A stretch of 64,000 nucleotides of DNA, from positions 1,674,001-1,738,000 of the forward strand of contig OZ218953.1 of the NCBI GenBank assembly GCA_965112735.1, read 5' to 3'. Under the pieces are notes generated by a model. That model was not told the origin of the DNA and did not search any database. It saw only the letters and a program-made list of their open reading frames with translations. The position numbers and the translations under genes were made by a program. The first letter of the stretch is position 1. Each line of letters begins with the position of its first letter. Source of the stretch: Phaeosaccion multiseriatum. Its lineage: Eukaryota > Protista > Ochrophyta, other classes. Below are positions 25,658-37,394 of the stretch, in pieces.

Positions 25658-26659
25658 CTAATCCAAGGACGAAGTTGGTTTGGGCTCGTCCTTCCGTCCT
25701 TCCATGATGCCAATGAAGCGTTTGAGCATGGGGGGTACGTCCTTCCCCGTCGCCTTTAGGAACAATTGAAGTAGCAGGCCAGCAAAGGCTCCTGGCAGCA
25801 GGATCGCAGCCATCAACAAGTCGCTGACCGTTCTCGGGAGAGCTGGTGCGTTCGATGGTACGTACGCTTTGAACATGCACCAGCTCTGCAGCTCGCTCGG
25901 GGCTCTCCATTTCAGCACAAATGACACTGTCAACATACAAATCATGTTGTTTATGGCTATGCGTCGCAGCCAAGGCTTCAATACCTGAACAGGGTGCGAT
26001 GATAAAAATTGCTGATAGTCGGGCTTCAGCCCAAGCTCTGCCGCGCCCTCGATGAGTAGGTCCATATACCTCTGCGATGGGCACGGGTCCTTGGTCAATC
26101 GCCGATTGGCCTTGGCCCTGAGAGAGATGGCTTGAACAGGCTCCTTTAGCGGGTCGTACGGATAGCACGTCACAATGACTTCTTCGTAGCCTGGATCCTT
26201 CGCTTTGGGGGATATGCCCTCCGAAGCCATCACCTTTTCGTAGTTCTCGGGGCTGAGTTTGATCAAGGCCCCATGGCATTCGGGCAGCTCAAACGCGTGC
26301 ATAGGGAGATTACCCGAATCAACTGGCTCGAGGCTACCCATGCCTGGCTCCAAGGGCAAAAATCCTCGCAGGTTGAAAGACAATCGATGGCCCGGGACAA
26401 CCGCAGGCTCAATATCCATGATCTCAATGCTGGTGCCAGTCGTCCCCCGACCTTCCAGCTTCGATCGCAACATGTTTGAACCCATGCCAAAGTAGTAAAT
26501 TGGTTGCTCCCTGTTCTCGAGGGCCCTTTGCACAAACATGGGCCTCTCAAGCGTGGTGGCGGTGGTACCTGCGCTGGTCCTCAGTGCCACGGCTGTGGAA
26601 AACACAGCCATTGCTGTCGTCAGCAGCAGCCAAGCTGAGGGAACAAGGCCCATCACCAT
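25658..26659 (-). CDS. Gamma-glutamylcyclotransferase (GGCT/AIG2/GliK-like) protein with N-terminal signal; single exon
   Basis: YYFGMGSNM motif, LSFNLRGFLPLEP, CHGALIKL..ENYEKVMASEG, PSQRYMDLLIEGA. First in-frame ATG at 26659. An out-of-frame M-K-A-stop uORF lies at 26688-26677. Confidence 0.85.
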   Translation of the reverse strand: MVMGLVPSAWLLLTTAMAVFSTAVALRTSAGTTATTLERPMFVQRALENREQPIYYFGMGSNMLRSKLEGRGTTGTSIEIMDIEPAVVPGHRLSFNLRGFLPLEPGMGSLEPVDSGNLPMHAFELPECHGALIKLSPENYEKVMASEGISPKAKDPGYEEVIVTCYPYDPLKEPVQAISLRAKANRRLTKDPCPSQRYMDLLIEGAAELGLKPDYQQFLSSHPVQVLKPWLRRIAINNMICMLTVSFVLKWRAPSELQSWCMFKAYVPSNAPALPRTVSDLLMAAILLPGAFAGLLLQLFLKATGKDVPPMLKRFIGIMEGRKDEPKPTSSLD

Positions 26660-27173
26660 TCTGCCGCTTGTGAGCACTATGCCTTCATAGAGGAAGCTTT
26701 ATAAAAAGGGAAGAGGAGGAGGAAAAGTAATTAATGGATTTCCAACGCGTACTGTGATATCCAACTGTTGAGAACACCTTCCCTCTTTTCTTTTTTCTGT
26801 CGGCCTCCTGTCTGATACTCCGAAAGATAACATACATTGAATACTCCACTCCTGACCTCCTCCTTCCTCCCTCCGTCCCACTACCTGTAACCGCCGCTCT
26901 CCTTCCCCCTTTAACTAAGGGAGAGGAAAGGAAAGGAAAGGAAAAGCTGTAAGGCCCCCGAAGCACGGGAAAGGAGCGTTGTACTGCTGCTTGCTCCTCC
27001 TTGCCTGTCCGCGCCCACACTCCTCTATGTACCGCTTCCTCCTCCTCAGCCTCCCCGCGCTACTCAACTCTCCCGCGTCCGAGGGCCCGCGTTCGCAGTC
27101 CTGCCTGCTATTAACACTTGACGACGACGCCTGCGGCTCATCCCATCGGATCGAATTGCTCCCATGCCTGATA

Positions 27174-28227
27174 TCATGTCTCGTCCAGCCAGCTTTGCTC
27201 CACAATCTCCCTCACACGCCTGTTGTACTCCCTCCTGTTCTCCTGATACAGCCGCGAGGCCTGGGGATGGTGGAGGGGCGGGGCAGGGAGCAAAAGAGGA
27301 GCAGTTGGTGATACAGCCCCCCAACACAGCACAGCACGGGGGGTGAGGCTTCAGTTAAGCAAAGACAGGGGAATAGCCTGAATGGAAGCTCTCTATTGTG
27401 ACGTCACCACACGAAACCTATGCACTACACGCCCATACCCCGCCGCTACTCCAAAACTCACAACAGACTCAAGCAGAAGCAAGACGCTCGTTCGCTCACC
27501 TCTGAGTTCGCCGGCGAGGCAGGGTTAGGGTCGCACAGCAGCGACTGAATGGACGTCAGAATGGCGGATATGTCGTAGATAGGACTCCACTGATTTTGCA
27601 AAATGTCGAGGCAAATCTGTCCATTGTTGTAAATGTTGGGATGGAACATGCGAGTGAGGAAGCGCACATTCGGCGGCTTGTTGGGGTAGTCCTCGGTGAA
27701 CTCCAGCACCAGCTTAAAGGTCCCGCCTTCCCAGGGGGTGTCATCCGGCCCGAAGATGACGGCCTGTGTTTATGAGTGTTTTGTGTGTGTGGGATGGGTG
27801 GGGAGTGGAAACCGGACGGAGAGCCGGAGACAAGATAGAAATAGAGAGACAGAGAGAGAGAGAGAGAGAGACGAGAGAGGGGCGGAGTAAGGTCAGAGAG
27901 AGAGAGACAGAAGGGGAGTGAGTGAGTGAGTGAGAAACAGGGGGGCGGACTGGGAGTGGAAATCGAGGAGGTGGGCGTATCATTCGGGCGGAAGAAGGAG
28001 GGAGGAAGGTCGATTAGACGCCATGACCCATCGTCGCAGGCAAGAGGCAAGCGAAGTGCCCGCCCCTCCCTTCCCACCCGCCCACCACTTTGACAGTGTA
28101 CCCACCAGGCACCCACCTGCCAAACCATGATGTTGTTGTCCATTGGCGCACCGGTGACGCCAGAGGGAGGGTCATTTTGGAGGCGGCGGAAATCCCGCAT
28201 GAGCCTCCGTCTCGCTGCTGTGGACAT
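27174..28227 (-). CDS. UBC2: Ubiquitin-conjugating enzyme E2 (Rad6/Ubc2)
   Basis: Exons 28227-28117 ([21 protein letters not shown]), 27763-27500 ([25 protein letters not shown]), 27260-27174 ([24 protein letters not shown]). Confidence 0.97.
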
Positions 28228-29535
28228 GACTGCTGCTGCTGACTAACCTAGCTATGCGTTGGCTTGCCTTGCGGGAGAGAGAGAGCGTCTCAGCCTAGGA
28301 GTATGGCTGGTGCTGGTGCTGGTGCTGGTGCTGGTGCTGCTGGGTATCAGAGTTTTATCCTTTCTCCGCGCGTCGTGTGCCTGGCCACCTACCGTGGCCA
28401 CGCAGAACTGAGAGCTCGGACGCTGCTGGTGCCGTCTCTCTGTAGTACATCGGATTGCGGGCGAGAGATTGGACGAGGAGCGAGGAGGAGTACGGGGTCA
28501 GCGCGAGCAAGCCACGAGCGGGGCAAAGGCATGATGACATGACGGCACCATGACAAAAAAGGTTGGGTGTGCCGCGCACGGGTTTGCACTGCGGAAGCAG
28601 CTGCTACGCAAGTCGCACCGCCATCACCATCACCACCCGGAGCACCAGCAGGAGCATGATACACACAGGCGGGCAGTAGGCGTGTGATTGGGTGATGCAC
28701 CCCGTCTCTCCACGCCGTCTCTCGCGTCCTCTTGTGCTTTACGAAAGGCGCTCGACCGAAACGGGGAAAGCATCACATCATCCACGACCAGCTCAGCCCC
28801 GCAAAGGGAGCTGCTGTCTTGCAAGAGATGAAGCCACACAAGAAGCACCAAGCCAATCAACCATCTCCTCCCCTACCCGCCCCCCCCCTCATTAAAAGAT
28901 GTCATTCGTGTACCCTTCTCTGGTCACACATTCCGGGTTTCCTTCGAGGCTTACCTTAACGCGGCGGAACACCTCCAAAGCAAGACCCGCTGCGGCTGCT
29001 GCGCCGTCCAGCCTCCGACCGCTCTCCTGCACCTCTCCGCTCCTTTCTCCTATTTTTCTTGTTTCTCCCCCTCCTTTCTCCTCTCAAAACAGCGGTCCTT
29101 CTCGTCGCTGCTGCTATCAGCCCTCCTTTCTCACAGTGCAAGACAGGAGGTCGCACCAAGGGAGGAGGGGGAGTACCGCAGATCCACGAGGATTTTTCTA
29201 GAGGCAGGAGGTGCGGAAAGGAAGGAAGGAGCGGACCGACACAGGTGAGCGGCAAGCGCGACGAGAAGAAGAGACGATAGAGAGAGAAAGAGAGCGGGGC
29301 GACAAGCGAGGATAGGGACAATAGGAAGCACTTGCAACCGGGGGCGGGAGTATGATTGTGGTTTATGATGTGGATTTGTGTGTGTGCTGTCGCGGCAGCG
29401 CGCCCCCCCCAATTAAACTGAAACTCACGAAATCGTCGTCCCCTCCTCACTTATAGAGAAGAGGAAAGGCAGAGAAAATATATATCATTTGAAGTGGGGT
29501 GACTTGCTGAAGGTTGCTGCGCATTCCGGGTCCTA

Positions 29536-31281
29536 ATGCCGGTGATGCAAACCGTGGCCGCTCTGGCCCTTCTGGCCTCGCCCTCCGCGGGCTTCGTCCT
29601 TATGCCGACGAGCTCCGCGGCTCTGGGCGGCGTCAAGACCACGCCCAGCAACGGGGGGGCCTCCGGCTTCACTGGGCAATCTGCTATGGTGAGTATACGA
29701 TGCGGCGAGAGCTCGAGGGGAGGGGCGGGGGGCGGAAGAAAGGGGTGGAGTGGTGACGACGGTGGTGATTCTTGGAAGAGGACCACGTGTTCACCTTCGG
29801 CTTGCTGCTGCGGCTTCTCTGGTGCAGCTTCAGGGTAGGCATAACAGCAGTCTGAATGGCCTGATAAAGGCGCTTGTTTTGAATGGAGATGGGCAGCAAC
29901 CGCTCCGCGGCCAAACTTGGAGCGGCCTGTGTAGCTCACGTTCCAGATTTTTGTCCGCACTCCTTAGCTGCACCTGGTCAAACGTGGAGTGAGGCGGCAG
30001 CCAGCCCTCACTGTCCGCGAGCTACACGCCCACCAATTGAAGCACTTCGAGTGAACTGATCCTGGGTGGTACTGACCCGGACACTCTTTCCCTTTTGTGC
30101 CTGTCGTCTCTCCCTCTTCCCCTCGTCTCTTGGCTCTCTATTCTTGCAGCCGTCCTCCACCTCCAACTACCGAGGTGGGCGCGCGTCCTCCGCCATGCAG
30201 ATGAATCTCGCAGACCGCTTCCTCCGAGTCGCCAAGGCCAACCTCAACAGCGTCCTCAAGAATTGGGAAGACCCCGAGAAGGTGTGTGTGTCTGTGTGTG
30301 TGTGTGTGTGTGTGTGACCAGGGGTTCGGTCAATCAGGGAAGAGGGGGAGTAAAAGTCTCGAATGGAATACAGCTGCTGCGCCCCATCAAGTCTGCGCAT
30401 ACGTGCACCCGCCCAACCCGAGCAAACGTGAAACGTGCCGAGGGCGGCACATGTGTGGCACCCTGCCTATGCTCTTTCGCTCCACCGTCTGACAAAGCAA
30501 AACTGCCGCTCTTCCTCTCCTCCTCCCTGTCCCCTATGTGGCTGTGATTGTGCTTGTGTGGCAGGTCCTGGAGCAAGCCACGGAGGACATGCAAAAGGAT
30601 CTCGTCAAAGTGAGGCAAAGCTACGCAGAGGTACGGGGTTGCGCACATCTGCACACAGGCGCACAAGCCGTGTGGTCTTCTTGTGGCTGTCTGAGGACGG
30701 AAAAGTGGTGTGTGGGCGTGGCTGGGATAGGTCTTGTGGATCCGGGCCGTGCGGTGCGCTGTCTCAACGGAGGCGCGGCTTGAAAGCTGCCTTTTGTCAC
30801 CAACTCCTGCGGGGGCTGGTGGTCCTCATCGCCCCCACTCTTACACGCCTCCAATGATGCATGACACACACATGTGCGCACACACGCGCACACACGCACA
30901 CTCACGCGCACTCACAGGTCTCGTCTAGTCAGAAGCGAATGGGCAAGGCGCGAGAGCACGCAGAGAAACTCGCAGACGAGTGGTACCGACGGGCGCAGAT
31001 CGCGCTCGACAAGGGAGACGACAATCTCGCCAGGGAGGCTCTCACACGCAAGCAAGCCGAAGTGGACACCATCAACGGTCTTACGTAAGTGCTGATGGTG
31101 CAGAGGCGGCGTAAGGGTTAGGGAGTCAGGGTAGGTCGAGTCGGCACGGAGGGAGGACTGGCGAGGACGGGCTGCAGGGCTGGCGGATGGACTGATTGAT
31201 TGGGCAAACTTGAGCAGATTGACGTCACGTCACGCGTCGCGTTCGGATATCCCACCTTCACACACACGCACCCCCCTCCCC

Positions 31282-31312
<31 letters not shown>

Positions 31313-32173
31313 ACAGGCAACAGATGGAGATTCAGGAATCAGCCATCAGTAACCTCTTTGAGGCGATGCGCCAGCTTGAGAGCAAGATTCAAGAGGCGAA
31401 GGTAGGTGGGGAGCGGGGCGGGGCGAGAGAGCTGTGGAAGGGGGAAGAGGAGGCCTGACTCCGAGTACGGTTGGACGGACGGATGGACTGATCGGCTGAC
31501 TAACTTCGCTCACCCCTCTTGCGTGCTTCGCTCACTCCTCTTCCTACACAGTCTAAGAAGGACAACCTCATCGCCCGAGCGAGGACTGCGGCGACCACCA
31601 CCAAGGTAAGGTGCACAGGACACACACATACACATACTTCATGTGGACCTGTCTGAATTTGCCTCGCGTCTCTCTCTCTCCGACATTTATCCCTCGCTCT
31701 CCCTCCGTCTATCCCTCTCTCTTTCTCTCCCTCCGTCTATCCCTCTCTCTTTCTCTCCCCCCTCCCTTTCCCTCTCCCCTCCTCCCTATTCTCTCCCTGA
31801 CTTCTGTACCCAGGTGAACGACATGCTGTCGAACGTGGGCGGCACGAGCGGCATGGAGGCCTTCGAGCGCATGGAGGCAAAGGTGGAGAACCTCGAGAGT
31901 ACAGCAGAGGTGAGCGAGGAGAGAGAGAGAGATGATACAAGGGAGAGGAGAGGAGGGAGGAGAGGAGAGGAGAAGGAGAATGGAGAGGAGGGAGGAAAGG
32001 AGAGAAGAGGAGAGGAGAGGAGGAGAGTGGAGAGAAGAGAAGAGTGAGGGGGGGATGAAGAGGGGGAGAGAGAGAGAGGAGAGAGAGAAGATAGATAGGA
32101 AAGTGCAGAGATTTGGAGAGAGGCGTGTGGAAGGAGGAGATTCGGAGAGGGAAGAGGAGCTTCCTTCCCCACT

Positions 32174-32207
<34 letters not shown>

Positions 32208-32973
32208 CACGCACACACACGCACTCTCTCTCCACGCCTCGCCTTCCCTCCCACAGGTTTCTTCTCAGCTGACCGGCACCATGGACGGTGGTCTGGAGCA
32301 GCAGTTTCGCATGCTGGAGAGCGGCAGCGCTGTGGACAATGAGCTCGCCAGCATGAAGATGGCACTCAACCCAAGCACGAAGGAGGCTCCAGCGGCGGGG
32401 GCTGGGGGGGCAGGGGAGCCGGCGTCTGCGGCGAGCAGGTGAGCGGAGAGCTTTCTGGACAGGAGGGGTGGGCTTGAACAGCTACCCCGCCTCTTGGATA
32501 GGAGAGAGGAGAGGGAGGGGGGGGGGGTGGGGAGAGGAGAGGAGAGGAGGGGAGGGGAGGAGAGGAGCAACCACACCGGTGTAGAGCGTGTGTTAGATGG
32601 GTCTGGGCAGCACTAGCAGCAGAGAGGGAGGAGGGAGAGGGAGAGGGAGAGAGGGAGAGAGGGAGAGCGTGGAGGGGCTACGAGTGCGAGCACAGCCCCC
32701 TGGGCATGAATGAGTGCTATCGCTGGGTCTACATAGGGGGATGCCTTTGAGGGCGCTGTGCTCTGCTTCCTCTTGTCCATGGTATTCTCTTTGCGCAATT
32801 CTTTCTTACCCTTTGCCTGCTCGCTTCTCTCCCTCTCCAACTACCACCGCAGCCCCCCTCCCCCGCCTGCCGCCGCCGCCGACCCCGCCGTAGACGACGA
32901 GCTGGAGAAGATGAGAAGAGACATGGCCGCCTCGGCCTCGGGATCAAGCCCCAGCAGCGGGCCCAGTGCGTAA
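29536..32973 (+). CDS. VIPP1: Vesicle-inducing protein in plastids 1 (PspA/IM30 family), plastid-targeted
   Basis: Bipartite leader (ALALLASPSAG-F); MNLADRFLRVAKANLN..EDPEKVLEQA; WYRRAQIAL.KGDDNLAREAL; LIARARTA; AFERMEAKV; extra C-terminal helix VDDELEKMRR. Nine exons. Confidence 0.93.
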
Positions 32974-33348
32974 GCGAGGGAGGAAGGCAGTGTATGCGCA
33001 CCCCTTTGAGCGCTCGCCGTCCTGAGTCGCCTGTATGTAGCCATGCGTACGTAGCCTTACGTATGTAGCAGTAGCCTTAGCCGTTCACTTCGTTCCATCC
33101 GCTCTCGCTCCTCTCTCTCTCGCCTGTCCCACCTATCGTATATCCCACTCCATCCCACCCCACCCAACTCCACCCCACATTTGTGTCTCTCTTCCTCTCT
33201 TCTTTATATGGTATTGCAATTTGTCTTGGGACTTCTTCACTCCCTCACCACCCACCCACACGTGATAGTGGTGCGTGTGTAGTATTGTAGTGAGTAGCAC
33301 ACTTTACAGTAGAGTTTAAAGCGAACGAACAAAAATAGAATGACCTTT

Positions 33349-33522
33349 GCTAGAAGCAGGAAGCAGGCCGGCTTGCGCCGGCCAGAAGCAGGAACCAGCC
33401 TTGGCCCTCATCATTGCCTTATTACATGGCTTTCCCCCAGAACCTGGAACCTGCCTGGCCGGCTGGCGCCAGCCAGAAGCAGGAAGCAGGCCGGCTGGCA
33501 CCGGCCAGAAGCAGGAAGCAGG
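33349..33522. repeat. Dispersed direct repeats of ccagaagcaggaagcaggccggc upstream of the SEL1 gene
   Basis: Four copies of the agaagcaggaa core in two doublets separated by ~70 bp. Confidence 0.75.
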
Positions 33523-33686
33523 GTCGCCTCAGAAGCATGTCAAGGGCGGGCGGGCCGAATTGTTCAACGTTTGTCGTCACAATTGGCGCCTTTCTTCACC
33601 TGTTGGAATACCTGCCCCCCTCCTCAGTCTCTTCCGCGTATGATGAAGAGATGCAAGACGGACAGCGAAGAGCTATACATTCAGTC

Positions 33687-36600
33687 ATGAAGAGTAGGCT
33701 TAGATCTCGAGAGGGAGGAAGCTTCTCTGCTCCGTGGACCTCGCTGCTGCTCGGGCTGCAGTTCCTTCTGTGGGCCGGTGCAGTTGCTGCCGCCGCTCCC
33801 CGCCTTCCTCATGGGGCGGACCCAGGATTTGACGTGTACAGATTTCTGTCCAGCTCAGAGGCGCGGGTGGCAGTGGCCAGCCACGAGCATGTACAGGCGC
33901 AGGGAACACGAGTAGGTGCAGCAGAAGCAGGGGCACGAGCGAGGAGGGGGGAGCGGGGTGAGCTCGCGGACCCAATCCTGAGGAGCCGGGCGCTCTTGCT
34001 GGAGAAGAGGGTGGAGATATTCTTCGAGAATCAGACGGGCGGTAAGCTTGAATGTCTGCGGTAGACTCTGGTGGTGGGCAGCAGCAGGAGGCACGACGAG
34101 AGGGAGGTGGAGCGGAGGGGGGGGGGGGGGGCGGCCTTTGGGCTCAATTGCTCTGCTGCTTCTTGATTCTCGTTATTCATCACGTGCGCTGTTCATGTTT
34201 CTCACTTCCCTTCTCTCCCCCTTCGCCTCTTCCCCTCTTGGCGGCTCAGAGCCGGTGCAGATCTTTTGGGCGGTGAGTGCTACAGAGCATCAGGCGGAGG
34301 GGGAGAGGAGGAAGCGGCGGTGGAAGGGGGTGGGTAGGTGGGATGAGGTGGGAACGGGTAACGCAATTGTGGCGCGTACAGAGTGTGGCGATCTCTCGTG
34401 GCGCTAGCTTGGAGAAGAGACTTGACTCCTTTGTGCTTGGCTGAGTTGACTGAAGCACTGATGTGTTGCATGCTCTTCCTTCCCTGCTGCGGGGCCGTTC
34501 GCTCCAATCGCAGGACTACGATGGCATGATGCACGCGAAGGATGTCATCGCCAATGACAGACAGACAATGCACAGAACGACGTGCGGACGTAAGTCAGAG
34601 CCCACAGAGGCGTGTAGGGGCGGTGGGGCGGTGGGCGGTGGCCCCTCCCACTCCACGACGGTAGTGTGGACGACAGTGGAGGTTGGAATCGTTTTCGAGT
34701 CTATCTGCCGCATCTGCTTCTGCACTGAGCTCTGAGCCTTCAGCCCTGTCCTGTCCTGTCCTGCCCTGTCTGCCCCCCCCCCTGCGCCTTTTGTTCCTCC
34801 TCCCCCTCTTCAACCCCTTTCAGACATCTTTGTCGTCAAGAAGCTTCAACCCACTGTCGTGGTGGTCGACGACGATCAACAGCAGACACAGATGCCCCTC
34901 CCCTCGCAAGCCCCTCGCTTCGAGACCATTGCTGTGTACAACGTGTCCTCCGACCCGCATCAGTACCTAGTGCTGGGGCCTGACGCCGCTTGCGCTCCCC
35001 GCACGCCCATTGGAGGGGCCACCTACTACGAGTATGAGGGTGAGGAGCTTCGCCGTAGTGTCTGCTTCATCGATTGATCGAGTTGATTAGTTGGTTGGCG
35101 GTTTGATTGGCTGCAGCAGCAGGACCAGCAGCAGGAGCAGCTGATCGTGTTGCTGGTGATAGTGGTGGTGGTGGAGGAGGGGGAGGTAGACAGGCTGGTA
35201 CGGAGAAGGGGTGGTTGGAATGACCGCTCACCGCTGCTTTACTGTGTTGGGGGAGACGCGGAGAGGCGCTGCCGTGCCTTGGAACTGTGCTGGAGACGAA
35301 GGCGCATCAAAGCACGCAGTTCTTCAGTTCTTCCTCCTCTCCAACTAACCTTTTCCTTCCTTCCCTCCTTCCCTCCTTCCTTCCTTCCTTCCTTCCTTGC
35401 TTCCTTTCTTCCTTCCTTCCTTCCTTCCTTCCTTCCTTTATCCCTCTCCCTCCTCCCTCCTCCTCCTTTCTCCTCCTCCATCCTCGGCAGGCATGCTGTC
35501 AACGTACCCTTTCTCGGCAGAGGAGATGGAGGCATGGGGTGGCGTCGACCCGACGGGGCTCTACGACTATGGTGGTTACGGCGCAGCGGCAGGAGGGGGC
35601 GAAATGGACCACCTTGAGAGCTTCTTCTCCAACGGTGCCAGCAGCGGCGACCCCGGAGAGTCCCCGGGGGGAACGCCGCAGTCTCAGTCTCAGTCAAGCC
35701 GCGACCCCCCCCCTGGGGAGCCTCTTGAAAGGAGGGCAGAGGTCGACTGGCTGGAGAGGGCGGAGGCGGAGCTGTTGTGGAAGGGGCAGCGGCAGGAGGG
35801 GGGCGGAGGGGGAGGGGGAGGAGGAGCAGCAGAGGGGGGGGGCAAGCACGCGCCGCCCGATCTCGTGCGGGTGCGTGAGTTGTTGCTCAAGGGAAGCGTT
35901 GCAGGCGGGCCTTTGAGCTCTCTGTACCTCGCAGTCCTGCATCTGTCCGGCCTGGCCACGTCTCGAGCAGGGGACAGGGTCCTCACAGAGAAGGAGAGCA
36001 CCCAGCAGGTGAGATCGAGGAGTCGATGGCTGTGGATGGCAGTGGGGATGGCAGTGGAAGGCCCTTGCCTTGCTTTGCCTGGCTGGCCTAGTATTGCCTT
36101 GGTGCCAGTCAGCCAATCTGTCAAGTCAGTCACTTGCCAGTCATCTGGTCAGTCTCACTCGCTCACTCACTCGCTCACTCACTTACTCCCTCCCTTACTC
36201 ACTCCCTCCCTCCCTCCCTCCCTCCCTCCCTCCCTCTGTGTGACCTACGCCTCTGTTGACATAGGGCATCATGTGGGCACGGTGTGCGGCTCTGCAGCGA
36301 GATCCTCACGCCACTCTGCTGCTCGGCTATAGGTGAGGGGGGGAGGGAGGGAAGGAGGGAAGGAGGGAGGGAGGGAGGGAGGGAGGGGTAGAAGGGAGAC
36401 AGAGAGACGAGCCCTCGTCCCGACACCCGCTGTCCCGACACCCTTTACTGACCTTCCATTGCCTTACTCAGGTACCTGCACGGTTACGGCGTGCACAAGA
36501 GCTGTGCGGCATCTGAGCTGTACTACATCGCCGCAGTCGAAGGCAAGTCAAGTGGGGGGTGCTGCTTCTTCCCTACCGACTCACTGACTCACTCACTGAC

Positions 36601-37306
36601 TGACTGACGGACTGACTCACTGACTCACTGACTCACTGACTCACTGACTGACTCCTTGACTGACCTGTGCTTCGGCTGCCCTCTGCTGTCCTCTGCTACT
36701 ACCAATCTGTTACCACACTTCTCTGCGTACAACCAACTCCTCCACTTCAAGACTTTGTGGGACTGTTCGGCCTGGACGATGGAGGCGTGGCTCTGCCGAG
36801 GCGCTTCTTTCGCCTCCAAGACGAGCCCCTGCAGGACAGCAGCGTGCCCTACGCCAGCCTGGGGGAGGTGAGGGAGGGAGGGTGGGTGGGTGGGTGGGTG
36901 GGTGGGAGGGAGGGAAGGAGGGAAGGAGGGAGTGAGGACTGTGTGCTTGTCCGGTCTCCCCCTGCTCTGCTTGTCCGGACCCTTCCCCTGCCCCCTCTAC
37001 TCTACCCCCCCACCCACTCACCCCCTCACCACCCCCATCCCATCCCCCCTATCCTCCTGCAGGCGGATATGGCTCGTGTGGGTTTGACGACGACCGACAG
37101 GGCACAGCTTCTCACAGACCTTCAGGCGGGGGAGGTAGGGGGGAGAAGGAGAGCGGAGGAGGAGAGAGTCCCACAGACTTTCAGGCGGAGGGGGTGAGGG
37201 GAGGGGGAGGCTTACATATGCCCACGTAACATCACATCACAGAGGACTGAGGACTCACATAAGACTGGATTGCCGTTGGCCGACACTTGCGCCGGTCTAT
37301 TTGGTG

Positions 37307-37394
<88 letters not shown>

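Noticed and set aside
27398-27407. Palindromic gtgacgtcac (bZIP/aureochrome-type site); similar at ~31220
   Set aside because: Both are intronic and short enough to occur by chance.
28264-29450. Possible small gene between UBC2 and VIPP1 (minus-strand donor near 28954)
   Set aside because: Candidate frames are closed by stops and have no homology cues; may be a spliced 5' UTR or promoter.
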